Below are positions 41,601 to 53,801 of a stretch of DNA of 64,000 nt, piece by piece (position 1 is the first letter of the stretch; each line of letters opens with the position of its first letter). The position numbers and the translations under genes were made by a program. The notes below the pieces were generated by a model. That model was not told the DNA's origin and made no database searches. It was given only the letters and a program-made list of their open reading frames with translations. The DNA comes from Tubulanus polymorphus (lineage: Eukaryota; Animalia; Nemertea): contig NC_134026.1 of assembly GCF_964204645.1 (NCBI RefSeq), positions 26,322,150 through 26,386,149 of the forward strand, given 5' to 3'.

Positions 41601-44494
41601 TTTCCTGAAGTCAAAGAGAACATTCGGGAATTAACAAAAACAAAAATGATTCTACTGTGTTGGTGAGAAAGAAAAATCTGGGTTCATACTCGACACTGGC
41701 CAACATATTACATGATACATATTTGCTAGGTTATCGTCAAGTTTCCATTTTTTGGTCCATAATATATAAGCAATATCTTGAATAATATTGAGTTTGCAGT
41801 TGTAATGAAGAATCGTCGGCTATCAGTGTAATGAGAATTGGTCGTACGAAGACTTGATCACGTCTGCGAGTACTCTGCTGGGATGAATACGCCATGAGCG
41901 GTTCGTCTGCTGAGGGATTTAAGCGATTGACGGCATTGACGCACGTTCTCGGTGATCGTTCCATAAGAAGCAATCAGATCGATTACTTTGGAGAAAGATA
42001 TCCATCAACCTTCCCCCTCATATGATCGCTCTACTACCGAGGAGATAAGAAATATCTTCGCATTTGATTTGAAGCGAACAAAATGAAACAGTTTGCTCTG
42101 TAATTGTAATTCATTTTCAAAAACGAAAAGATCACATGAATCAATATTCAGTTGTATGAATTTTGATTCGTAACACAATTCCAGTCCTTTCATAATTCAT
42201 AACATCATTTCTAAACTATGATTGATCAGATATATATGCAGTTGTCTTTTCAAAATTTGAAAGGTAAATTCTCGAGGCAATTTTCGCCGACTTCACAATA
42301 AATACGCAAGCAAAACCATTCATAAGTTATTTTCTAACAGTCCCAGGTATAATGTTCGGCCACACCTAGATATTTTTCTTACGGCAATTAAGATACACGA
42401 GACGTGTTTTAAACGAAAGATGGCTCAACCTTGTTGACTAGTTATCAACACATTCTCCTTACTAATAACGCGCGAAGATGATAAGCTTTTACCGACATAA
42501 TTAATGGTTACGTGTCTGACAAGCAATGTTTGGAGAAAATTGACGAATTGATTTCCCGAAAAAAGCTGTGTTCAAATGCTCACTTTCGCGAAAAAATCCG
42601 CAGTGTATTAAGTGACGTTTTGATAGATTTTCGATAATGTCGATCGATCAATGGGAGGGATGATTTAGAGAGTCCCAAGACTCTACCAGCAAAATTTAAT
42701 CGGGTCTGCGGACTTTTTTTATCAGAAAATTTAATTTACGACCATTATCATTATATTGCACTCCGTCAGTAACAAATCACTAAAGCTAAGACAGAACATT
42801 TTATGGTTTGGTGGAACATTTAATGATATAACCAACGCAAACGTCGAATTCACACTGCGCACGAAAATATCGTGTTCAATAACTAAATGTGATGTCAATC
42901 TACTTTCGCACGAACTAGTTATTTGCAGTTGACACGGAGGTTTTGATTTCTAATATTGGAGCTATTTGCTAATGCGTGATCGGCAACCGACAATTTTCGA
43001 GAGCAACTTAAATCAACACGTAAGTGGTGTCGCCATGTCGAAACCTCGACCAAGCAGAAACAGAACTATTGCTCAGAAATAACATTTAGTCGTGTTTTAG
43101 GCATAAAAAGATTTATTTCCATCAATTTAACTTACGATGTATTTCCTTCGTTGAGCCATGGTTTTTCCCAAATAAATGGTTTCGACAGAGAGCAGAACAT
43201 GTAATAGATCGTATATCCGACGTAGACATTTTCGTAGATTGCCGTGAAAAACGTCGTCAAAAGAATCGCCCCAGCAATTCCTGAATGATGAAAGTAAAAT
43301 AACTGAACCTTATCTAAACTAATAAGAAAAAAATAGAAATTAACTTTATGATTAAAAATTGATTCTAGATTATTTCCTATAGAATATTATTCAACAGTAT
43401 ATCTTTGTTACTCTTTAACCTTGGTTTGGCTTCATTAGATTAACGAATATCTAAAACTGTGAAATAATGCGGAAATACTGAATACCTTTCAGAATTGGCA
43501 TGTAATTACAGAATATGCCAAGGATGCCGCTTTTCAATACACTGCCAAGTTTCATCTGCACGTAAACCACTGGTATACAAATCAACACCAAAATCACATA
43601 ATACGGTACTAGGAAAAGAGCTACAAAAATGAAAATGATATATTTTTCAAAATAGAAGTGTAATTAGACACGCAGAATCGTCATCCCATCATTCGTGATT
43701 TGCCGATCTTTTTTCAGATGACGAGAAAATATATACATATTTCATACTCGATATCATAGAGATCATATTCTGCATCAACTCTCACCAAAGCGCAGCAAAG
43801 AAAGGCAGGTTGCGGACATTGATTTAACGAACCAACGTTCCGAACACCTGAAATATACTTTTATCTTTATACAAGAAATATTCCTCAGAAAGACTTAGAT
43901 ATGCCCTGTCGATAAAGTATTTATAATTCAAAGGAATCAGTTACATATGCGAGGGATTATTATGTTTAGTGATGAATCACCCATATCTAATCCTCATGGT
44001 GATGTCGCTATACTGGATCGCGAATGATGAAAAAAAGACATTTCCCCGCCAGTCATTTTTCACGATAGATGTTGTAAATAGAAATCAAGTATTTCTACTT
44101 CATGCGACAGAAATGTGGTAAGAATAACGCACATACCGTCTGTGGCAATATTGTCGAATTATCGTGCATGCGAAATATGTCTTATGTCGAAAAACACATA
44201 TTGAAAGCACTTCATATTTTAGACAAAACATATTCGTCAATAGTTTGATCGTTTACAGTTACAGAAAAATCGTTGAGTAAACAATAATGCCTCAAAAATA
44301 TCTTAGAAGGATTATGTCTCAAAGTTTTAAGCAAAATACAGACTTTTCTTACCTGTGTGTTCATACATGAAATAAGGAAACCTCCACAATCCTTCAAAAC
44401 CAATGGTATAAGTGCACAATAAACCAAATTGTACCATGTTCCATTTTGCTTTATTAAAAAACGGATTCGACCTATCACTTATATCGTCATCCAT
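38634..44494 (-). CDS. Divergent SLC6 / neurotransmitter:sodium symporter family transporter
   Basis: TM1 YTIGFEGLWRFPYFMYEHT, LFLVPYYVILVLICIPVVYVQMKLG, MPILKGI, LLTAWLLVWACICRG, MWIDALTLHVYTLGLWAG, GTSLTFITMPEAFSQL, WAETFGWAVAASPILICVPLGA. Start ATG 44494 is preceded by an in-frame stop; stop at 38634-38636. Confidence 0.88.
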
Positions 44495-45020
44495 AGTTTT
44501 ATGCGTTTTTCTTCAGATTGAAGAATTCTTTTTATTCAGGTAATTTTCTCATTCCTTATAGCCGATCACAAGACCAACTGCCATCCACCAAATTTCTCGT
44601 AGTTTCTGAGAGCAGTGCATATTACGATGACGAATTTGCTGCGACTGTCGAAGCTGCAGCAGTAGCAGCTCCCACGTCGCGATCCGTTCATTTCGCAAAT
44701 CACAGACGAGGGGTGGATAGGCTGACTAGAATTGACAAGCAGAGGCGTCGTAAATATAATTATGACTCAAGAAGATATGTTATATTTTGATTCAAATAAT
44801 AAAAGACGGCCCAGAGGTTTCACAACCATCCGATGGCATTCGAATTTCCGAAGATAATTAATTCATCAATAATGCTCGATCGAATATTCCTCTAAGAGGA
44901 AAAAGAGCGAAATGCACGAGAAAGATAAAACCAATGTGCTTGAAAAAGTTGAAATTCCTGTAGCCTGCGGCACTCACCCGCAGAGATGTTCAAGCAAGGG
45001 ATCAAAGAGGCTCAGATGCT

Positions 45021-45089
45021 GTTACTATGACAACCTATACTCGTCATACGTACGTGAAGGCAAATTCCCACTCCGGTAGCTATGAGAAC
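45021..45089. promoter_or_regulatory. Two RFX X-box-like palindromic motifs in SLC6/EXOC4 divergent intergenic region
   Basis: GTTACTATGACAAC (45021-45034) and GTAGCTATGAGAAC (45076-45089) resemble the GTNRCC-N(0-3)-RGYAAC / GTHNYY-AT-RRNAAC consensus. Confidence 0.5.
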
Positions 45090-45652
45090 GAACACGGTAC
45101 CGGTATCTAAATAATGAACACGTCGGTGATTGGATTTTACGGCGGGTGCTGATAGGACAAGAAGCGACATATATGAATCTAGAAATTGTTGGTGAGTGAC
45201 AGGCTATGCGGGCAGATTCTGGGCACAGCCACGATGAAGCTATCTATTATGTGAAGCAGTTTCAATTTGATTGGGGTTAATAAATGAACTTATATATGAT
45301 AGTCTAACTATCTCGAGCCAGTCTCAGACCATCAGACCGTCTGAAAGTCCGATTTTGGCCAGTGCCATCATAATCTAGTTGAATATTCATCCATCGTATC
45401 GTTATAATTCTGACCTTATCTTTTTCAAAGGTTTTTACCGTGCTTTTATGGTTTTGATAACCATTTTAAGGCGCCGTGAAAAGGTTCTAAGATTTATATC
45501 CAAATTCACCATATGAAAAATATATTGTATCTAATATGCCCTAGGAACAATTAGAATCATACTCTGGTAGGCGGGGATATGGACGGGTGTCGCACTCGGG
45601 GTTTCCCAATTCAATTCAATTCAAATGGGTGTTTCCCAATATAATGCGGAAG

Positions 45653-48600
45653 ATGGCGTCTGACAGACCGATCCCGGGCACCCCAGTCAAGTCTAAAGAG
45701 ACGGTAAATACCACTTAAACGTTTATTCAGTGATTGTTTGTTTTAAGGCTATTTAAACCTTGTTTGAATATTCACTTTTTCAATTACAGGCTGGTTTGCT
45801 AATGTCAGTTATTCGCACTTTAACGTGCAGGTTTGTGTTTTTCTAAGTTAGTCTGTCTCTAAACTGTTCAATTTATACACCACACTCCTTCTCATCGATT
45901 CTCTTCTCATTATCTAATCCAATTCGTATCCTGCAGTGCTGATTTCACTCAAAGAGAAAAAGAGAAGTCGAGAATTCAGAAGTCCCATAAAGATAGCGAT
46001 GAGAAACTTGAAAAGCTGGTATCAGGTATTCAATTTGTTTGAGAAAACAACTCCGTCTGACTCTGAGCCAATGCGGGCAATGGCGATTGATTGATGATTA
46101 CTGAACAATATTTGTTACTGAATATGTTGTAACTTTCAGAAAATTATGATGATCTTAGTCAAATTATGACAGCATTCACTAAGATTTCCGACCGAATATC
46201 TAGTAAGCTTATTGATAAAGATTTCCTGGCTCAATTCAATCCTATGTTCATTCCTATCCGGTAATATGTTGTGCTTGTAACTTTCTATAATTTTTAGCAT
46301 CAAGGGAGAGAGTACAGCTGGTAAAACAAAACCTCGAGTCATGCAAGAACTTACTACATTGTAAAAGAGATGATTTGAGAAAGTTATGGTTAGAAGGCGT
46401 GGAACAGAAAACTGTTGTTGAACTTCTTGATCAAATGTAACTCAAATGAACAAATCATTTTGTTGATTTCATTTAGCAGCCTGAGCTTAGGATGATTTAA
46501 TTGAATTTCAGTGAAAATCTCAATCAAGTACCCGATAAATTGGAATTGTACATGAATAAAAAGCAATATCTGCTGGCTACACAGTTGCTGGTATCATCGA
46601 TGAAACAGTTAGAAGGAGATTTAGCAGGAGTCGAGGCTCTTCGAGGTTTAACTAATGAATTGCGAGATAAAAAGGAGGTATTTATACAGTTTCCAGTCTG
46701 ATTTCTTTGCTGACTTATTCAGTATTCAGTATCTTCATCAATTTTCTTGTTAGCAATTGCACGAAGTATTGATTGATGAACTAAACAGGCAGATATACAT
46801 CAAAGCCACGAGTAATGTAGTTAAAGTATTCCAAAGACAAGGCTCGCAAAGGAAACCCAGTCCACGACGGGGTGATCGCACTCAACCAGACTCTGATGCT
46901 GCCACTCACAGACGAACCAATTCAAGTAAACGTCGTAGTAGATCAACTTAGCATCTTAGATATACCAGTATTTTGTTAGGGAAACCTTTGAGTTTGCTTG
47001 TATTTGATTTTCAGATGCATCAACGGATATGAAACTTTTAAATGAAGATGGTGTGCCGATGTCGCCTCGAAAAATACAAGATGATCAAAATGTTGAGCCA
47101 GATAATGACCAGTCAAAATTTATAGCCATTCTTGTCAACTCATTGGCTGTGTTGAAGAAACTCCCAGAAGCGATTGAGGTATATCCTTACTTCTAGTCAT
47201 TTAATTATTGTTGAAAAGATAGTGAAACTTATGAATCATATTTTACATTGTCTATAGGTAATCAAAAGCAAAATTCATCCAGAATTATTGGCAATTGTAC
47301 AACGGGCATCTCAACAAGTGTCTGATAGGTAAGGACGTGAATATTTTCAATGAACTGCATCATTGTTTAGAATGAAATAGCTAGATGAAAGTGTTTTGTG
47401 TATTTTAGTGCATTTCAACAGGGAGAAACAGGAGTTCTGGCCATGCAGACAAATTCTAAATATCTTGTGGAACTCTTAAGTCTGGTGTATCAGGAATTCC
47501 ATTGTGTCGCTGCTGCTCACAAAGTTGTACTTTCAAAGATTGATCAATTATTTGTAAGTACTGGATTCATACTGTCAATTATTATGATTCATTATACAAT
47601 GAAATAATGAATTACTCATTATTTTTAGCTCGAAAGTTTGATCGATGATGATGTGGTTACATATTCTATGATCGATGTTTGGTCCGAGATTCAGGCAGTA
47701 GTAAGTTATAGGTTGAAAATCTAACACATTAAGTTTATTATTAGTGATCCATAAAAGAACTCTTGGTACAGATAAGTGACTAGCTTCCACATACAAATTT
47801 GTTCAGTTTGAAAACTTAATGAAGTAATATGTGTTTATCTTTAGCTTCAATTGGTTCTTGGTGATTATTTAGATGTTCGTAACACTTCATCCTCTCAACA
47901 ACAACGCCAATCTGCATTGGATGAACCGGGATCTGATATAACAACTTACTTCGCTAAAAGAAGACCAGCAAAACCAAAAAAAGTTAGTATGAATAGTTTG
48001 GTTGCTATACATTGTGTACTATACTGAAATAAGATGAGGATTTTCAGTTATGTTTGTTTTATTCAGGTTGCCTTGTTTCGTTTTGATGCCTCGTCTCATG
48101 CTATCAGTATGAATAGCTACTTACGAGAACAAAGGCAAGAATTCTATGGATCAGTAAGTAGAATTATTGAAGACTTGTCCTGTGCAAAATGAGATTTTGT
48201 ATTAATGACTTCATTTTTAATTAGGGTGAAATACTAAATCGTGTTGATAACATGACAGAGGCAGGTAAACAGCTATACGTTTGTAAACCAGGAGCAAACA
48301 ATATCACTGGTAAGACACATCCTTGATAGGTGTATTTCATTTAAGAATCATTTCCCTGAAGAATCATTTACTCAATTGCTGTGTTTGAAATTCAAATTTC
48401 CATGTTTTCTTCAGTGATCTATAACCCGCTTCGAAAGTTTATTAAGGAGTTTGAACAGGACTTGCGCCTAGCCCCAGGGTAAGTGTAATACATTATATAG
48501 TGTTTGAATATTGCTTGAATACACAGTACTGTACAAATGCAAAATCAAAAAAAAAATGTAAAACATGAATTTCAAAAAAGATGTGTTTATTGCAGGATGT

Positions 48601-51600
48601 TAATAGGACTAAGGTAGTTTCTGGAGCAATTTTATCACTAAAAAAGCTAGATTCACCCGAATAACAAATGCTTAACAAGTCTTTGATTTCTTTTTTTCCT
48701 TAACTACTTTTTGATTCCACAACCAAACCCCATTTATATATCTATTAAGGCTTTAATGTAAGACTTTATTTTGCATCATATTTAAGTTCCATTTTTTGAC
48801 ACAATAACCAATTCTCACTGGTAAGATACTAAGAGTTGTTTTTTTTTACAGGGTATCGACTTTACAACAGTTCATCATGGAATTTGAAAACATTTTCATC
48901 GGTCAAGTGCATGATAACATTTCAACTAATATTCATTCAGCTACAAAGAGTAAGTTATTATCAATTTCATATGTTATTGTATATATTCATGAATGGTAGA
49001 TCAAGAATTCTTGCTTACATTTTAGGTCACACAATTTCTATTATCAAATAATCTGAGTCTCATTAAGTCTTATAGTTAAGGTTTATGAGTTAAGGTATTA
49101 TGTCTCATAAGATAGATGGTTATGATTTTTATTGGCCCAGTCAAACAATATGCTGTTATATTTCAGTAGGTGTGCCTGGTAAGATATTCTGAATCCATGC
49201 ACCATCTTTTCCTATAATGACGTTGCATGTTTTCAGAGGAAGTGCTTGTTTTTTACCAAGATTATTCATACAGTTTTTCTCATGTGATCATTAAGTTTGC
49301 CTCCAGTACATGTACATATATAGCTTCAGAATGTCCAATTCCAGTATGCCCGCATATTTGTTAAAAATCTTTGTGCACACTACTAAGTGAGTGGGAGTCA
49401 ACTGATGTTTCAGAATGTTTAAGGGAAAGGAACAGCTTAACAGTGTTTGAGGATGGTACTTGGGATGCATGTGATTAAAAATGGTTTAGATGATTTAACT
49501 AAATTTTCATTAAAAAATCTATGTACCCAGTAGTGAATATCTCTTCAAGTCTCTGGAGATCTTGATGATGAAATTATTTGTTAGTAGCGTACCTGCACAT
49601 TTTAAATAGATTTTTGAAAATTTTTATATATATATGTCACTTTTTACTTTCAGATCAGAAATCGCTCATTATGCTAAAATTTTTGTCTTATCTTATTTAG
49701 GTCATGATATCGCTAGTTTTCATATACCTGCGCAATTGACTGATAATGACTTATTAATTTTCCCTTCAGCCCCGGATGGACAGGGTAATGGGACTGCTCC
49801 CAGATATTTCAAGCTCTTTAATTTATATTGCTGCATGCTGTGACAATTTGTATATCATATTGGCGAGAATGTGCCAGAGATTTAGACTCCTGTTCTGAGA
49901 TGAATGATGAATCATGCATCACCTCATTGCTTTACAACTAGCTCTTGTATTTTGATTCTATATCGTATGATAGGTGATGGTTTTCGGCCAGTTGTCTCTG
50001 ATTCTGTGAATAATGTTGAGGTTTACTCTACATTTCATAAAATGAAATGTTTTCAATGTTTATTTTTTATTTCCTACATTTCTAAGGCACAGCATTTCAT
50101 GTAATTTGACCTATTGCAATCTTAAGGAGTTCTCTTTCTTGGCACTATCTCTTTTCTATGTTTTATTTTTTGCCTTGTGCTTCATCGGTCTGTGAATAGA
50201 ACTTGTTTCCGATTCACAAAGAAGGCACTCTGAGAGTTGTCATGCTTTACATGTTGAATTAATAGCAGGAATGAAAATAGCAACGTGAAAGTCTTTGGAT
50301 GTTTTTATTCCTTACCCTCACACAGTTTCACTGCAGAATCTATGTTGCTTCGTGTATCTGCAATACATCACCTAAGAACTGTTACTAACATTGAAAAAGA
50401 ACAAGGAGACATTTTGATTCATTCTGCATTCTTACATACTTCATAATATCACATGATTTTGGCATCGGCAAAAATTGTTTTAGATTGTACATGTACTGGC
50501 CTCTTTACTGATTTGTACTACTACAAGCTAAGTTCTTAAAATCTCTGTGATGCATCTCGATGTAAGGTTTTGTAAACTTACTATTTAATCAGAGGTAATT
50601 TAAAATGATGAAGAATTTCAAACAGTTACATAGCTTTTATATCTCCTTTCATTGTTATGTACATGTAATATGCATGGTAATGTTTGCTCAGATGGAAATC
50701 AGTAATTGTTTGAAAATCTGTTGTTAGATATTGTTTGAGTTTCGTGGATTTGTAGTATGCCATGTAGCAATTTCATAAAGGAATTTTCTCCAAAAAAAAG
50801 AAATTTCAGTTTTGATACACTTATTTAATGATCTTATCCCATAAAATACTATTAGTTAAACAATTTAGAAGCATATTTCGTGTAAATTCTGGATGAAAGT
50901 AAATCGATTCATGGAATTTCATACATTCTTGATTTGCAGGTTTTGATGCTTTTAAAACAGTAACAAATGCACGAGTGATGAAGGATCTTGGTGTAAGCAG
51001 GCCGTTGTTACAGAGCACTGTCACTGTCAGTAAAAGTATATGTGACCTGAAGGAATTGATGCACAGTTTACCGGACTATGCGCATAGGTTCATCATCATG
51101 GTTCATAAGATATTGCTGGATTACAAAGAAACATGCACCAATGCTTACAGAGGTGAGTGTCAGACTGGTAGATCTGATCATACATATTTCTAATCTCCTT
51201 AGCAAATCTTTTCATTTAAAAAATTGTGTACGTCATGTGTCTCATTATTTCAGGTATTGTGCTCAGTGACACCGATGATAAACGAGTCATTAGTGCCACG
51301 TGGGCCAAGGATGAAGATATAAATCGTCTGTTGAGGTTTGTTCAATTTGCCTCAATTAATTTGTTGAATTTTCCCTACAAACTGAACTATGCTTTTGTCA
51401 TTCTTTATCTATTATTGAATTAGGTCATTGCCGAACTGGCAACAGATTCACTCAGATGATGAGACGTTAAGTGAACAGCAGGCCAACATATCCGAGGAGG
51501 ACATGAGAGCCCTCAACTCTAAAGAATCCATAATTCTTACAAGTAATCTGTCTACATTTGAGAGCATCTCAGAAAGTGATATCATAACTGATGCATTCCA

Positions 51601-52946
51601 ACTAAAAGCTCTTGCTAATCTACAAGAAAGCTTTGTATGTTTCCAAAGTATATGAATTAAATATAATTATGAATTATGATTCAATGTGAAATATTTCTTC
51701 TTATTCCTTTTAGGAATGGTTTTCATATCAGATAAAGGCATTCATTAAGGGCCTGCCCATAGTGAGTGCCCCAAAATTGACTGTTCCTAATCAGACCATA
51801 GTGCAGCCGGTATGTTTAAGATTGATTTTATGTGGGTTACACACATTTTCACATTTATGAATGTTTTATTCTGTTTTTTAGGAAATACCCCCAGTGTCTG
51901 ATGACATCATCAGGTAACAAAAATTGGGTTGATTTATGATTGAGAAATATATATTATGTTTTTGTAAATTTTTGTCGACATTTTGTAGAAAATTGGAGGA
52001 TCTCAGTCAAGAGTTTTTGGATCTGTCTGAAATATGTTTGTTAGTCTTACATCTGGAAGTCCGAGTACATTGTTTCTTCTTCCTTTTACCAGTTGCCAAA
52101 CAGGTATATTTCTATCATGAACCAGAAAAGATCTCAATTTATTGATATTCGATACTCATTTTGGTGTCAATTGAAATGATAATTTGTTTTGTGTGTAGGC
52201 TGATTTTTCAAGTCGTGTTGATAACATGGATCCAGATGATTTAGTCGTCAAACTCACCAAAGATCTGTCGGCAATTGATGAAAACTTGTCTCAAAGTTTC
52301 CAGCCAAAGAAAACAAAGTATGTACCAAACCCATAAGAAAATATGAAACTCTTTAAGTAAATGCTTTGGTAAACAATTGTTGATTTTCCTGTCTTGCAGA
52401 TACATATTTGAAGGAATTGGGCATCTTATATCTAACATACTTGTCAACAGTACGCAGTATTTGAAACGAGTTAATGAAAACGGTATCAAAAAGATGTAAG
52501 TTTTCGCACGGAGTGCAACATATGCCATAAAACAGGCAGCTGTGATACTTTCTACTCATGAGTATGTGTTTGATTTTGTAGGAGCAGGAACATATTCTCA
52601 ATTCAGCAATGTTTAACTAGTATTACAGCTTGTCGTGAGCCTGATCTTGACTTCGCTCGTCAGCATTATGAGCTTCTCTACTTGAAACCAGATGTACGTA
52701 CCAGTACACGCATGAATTAAGATAATTTTGATAAAAACCACAACGTTATGCTTATGTCGATTTTAATTTCTATCGAATTTTCAGGATATTTTGACGACGA
52801 TTATGGAACAAGGTCCGCAGTTCAGTGAGATTCAGTATGTGAACATTTTCCAACTTTTACACCGAAGTCAACCAATTAGGAATACTCAAAAATTGCAAAC
52901 GCGTTTACAAAGACTGAAGGAGATCTTACATGAAAAGCATGTCTGA
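45653..52946 (+). CDS. EXOC4: Exocyst complex component 4 (Sec8)
   Basis: [122 protein letters not shown]. Stop TGA 52944-52946. Confidence 0.96.
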
Positions 52947-53801
52947 AGAGAGCTATTATTGGACTGTTGTTTACATTGATAATTCATTTAGATTCTTTTG
53001 ATTTTATTTCCTGAAATGTGTCATATCCATAAATGTATGTGGATAGGTATATGAAGATGAAGATTACCTACATGATATTCAAACACCTGATATGATATAT
53101 TCAAATTTGCATTAAAAGTTTTAGTTACATCTGCTTTTTAAAACAAGATAAATTAATCTGTGCCAGTACCCAGCAATATATGTGTGCTAGTCATGTGTAA
53201 ATATGTATATGAATAAATCGTTTGATTGATATAGAATTGCTTGTTTTGTTTTGATGAGAGGGGTTCAAACATCGTATGGATAGAGTTCAAGTCGTGCCCA
53301 TTGCCCTTTCCAAAATATATGAGCTACATGTTAAAAGAATTAGATCCATTGAAACGATACATTTATCACTGTAAAAGTGCGACAGGAGAGGAGAATTTCA
53401 ATGAAATGATATGTGCAATTCCCAAATAGTCTTGTTAGCTCTTCACTAAATTGGCGGGATTCAACAATAATTATGAACGCGGATTACAGTACGTTGCTGA
53501 GAATGATACTGAATTGGTTGATAAATACTACAAAATGAATTTAGGGGTCAATGTGCATATTTCTATCGCTTTCATTTGAAAGCGTACGCTGGATAGGAGC
53601 ATTGTGATAATTTGTGACTTCCAAAAATGAATACAATTTGTTAATGGTTATTCTCGTGGTGAACTGACGGCGCAAATGGCACCATCTTGGTGGTATCCAA
53701 TATTTTTGGATCACAGGTCAAATAGGGTTTATCTGAATAATTGTTCTATATATTCGATAACACACAGACATACACGTCAGATCATACAAATTCACGACAA
53801 T

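Noticed and set aside
41737-42193. GC-richer segment with short ORFs in an SLC6 intron
   Set aside because: No recognisable protein motif in the frames read, and the flanking SLC6 exons join without it.
44518-44790. Plus-strand 90-aa ORF and a minus-strand ATG (MNGSRRGSCYCC...) upstream of SLC6
   Set aside because: No good splice path into the TM1 exon, which has its own ATG after an in-frame stop; likely UTR or uORF.
47179-47257. ATATCCTT resembling a U12 AT-AC donor in EXOC4
   Set aside because: A standard GT...AG intron gives the correct frame (IE/VIKSK), and there is no matching AC acceptor or clear U12 branch site.
49904-50002. Possible C/D snoRNA (ATGATGA...CTGA) in EXOC4 long intron
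   Set aside because: No convincing terminal stem or recognisable rRNA antisense element; the boxes are common by chance in AT-rich DNA.
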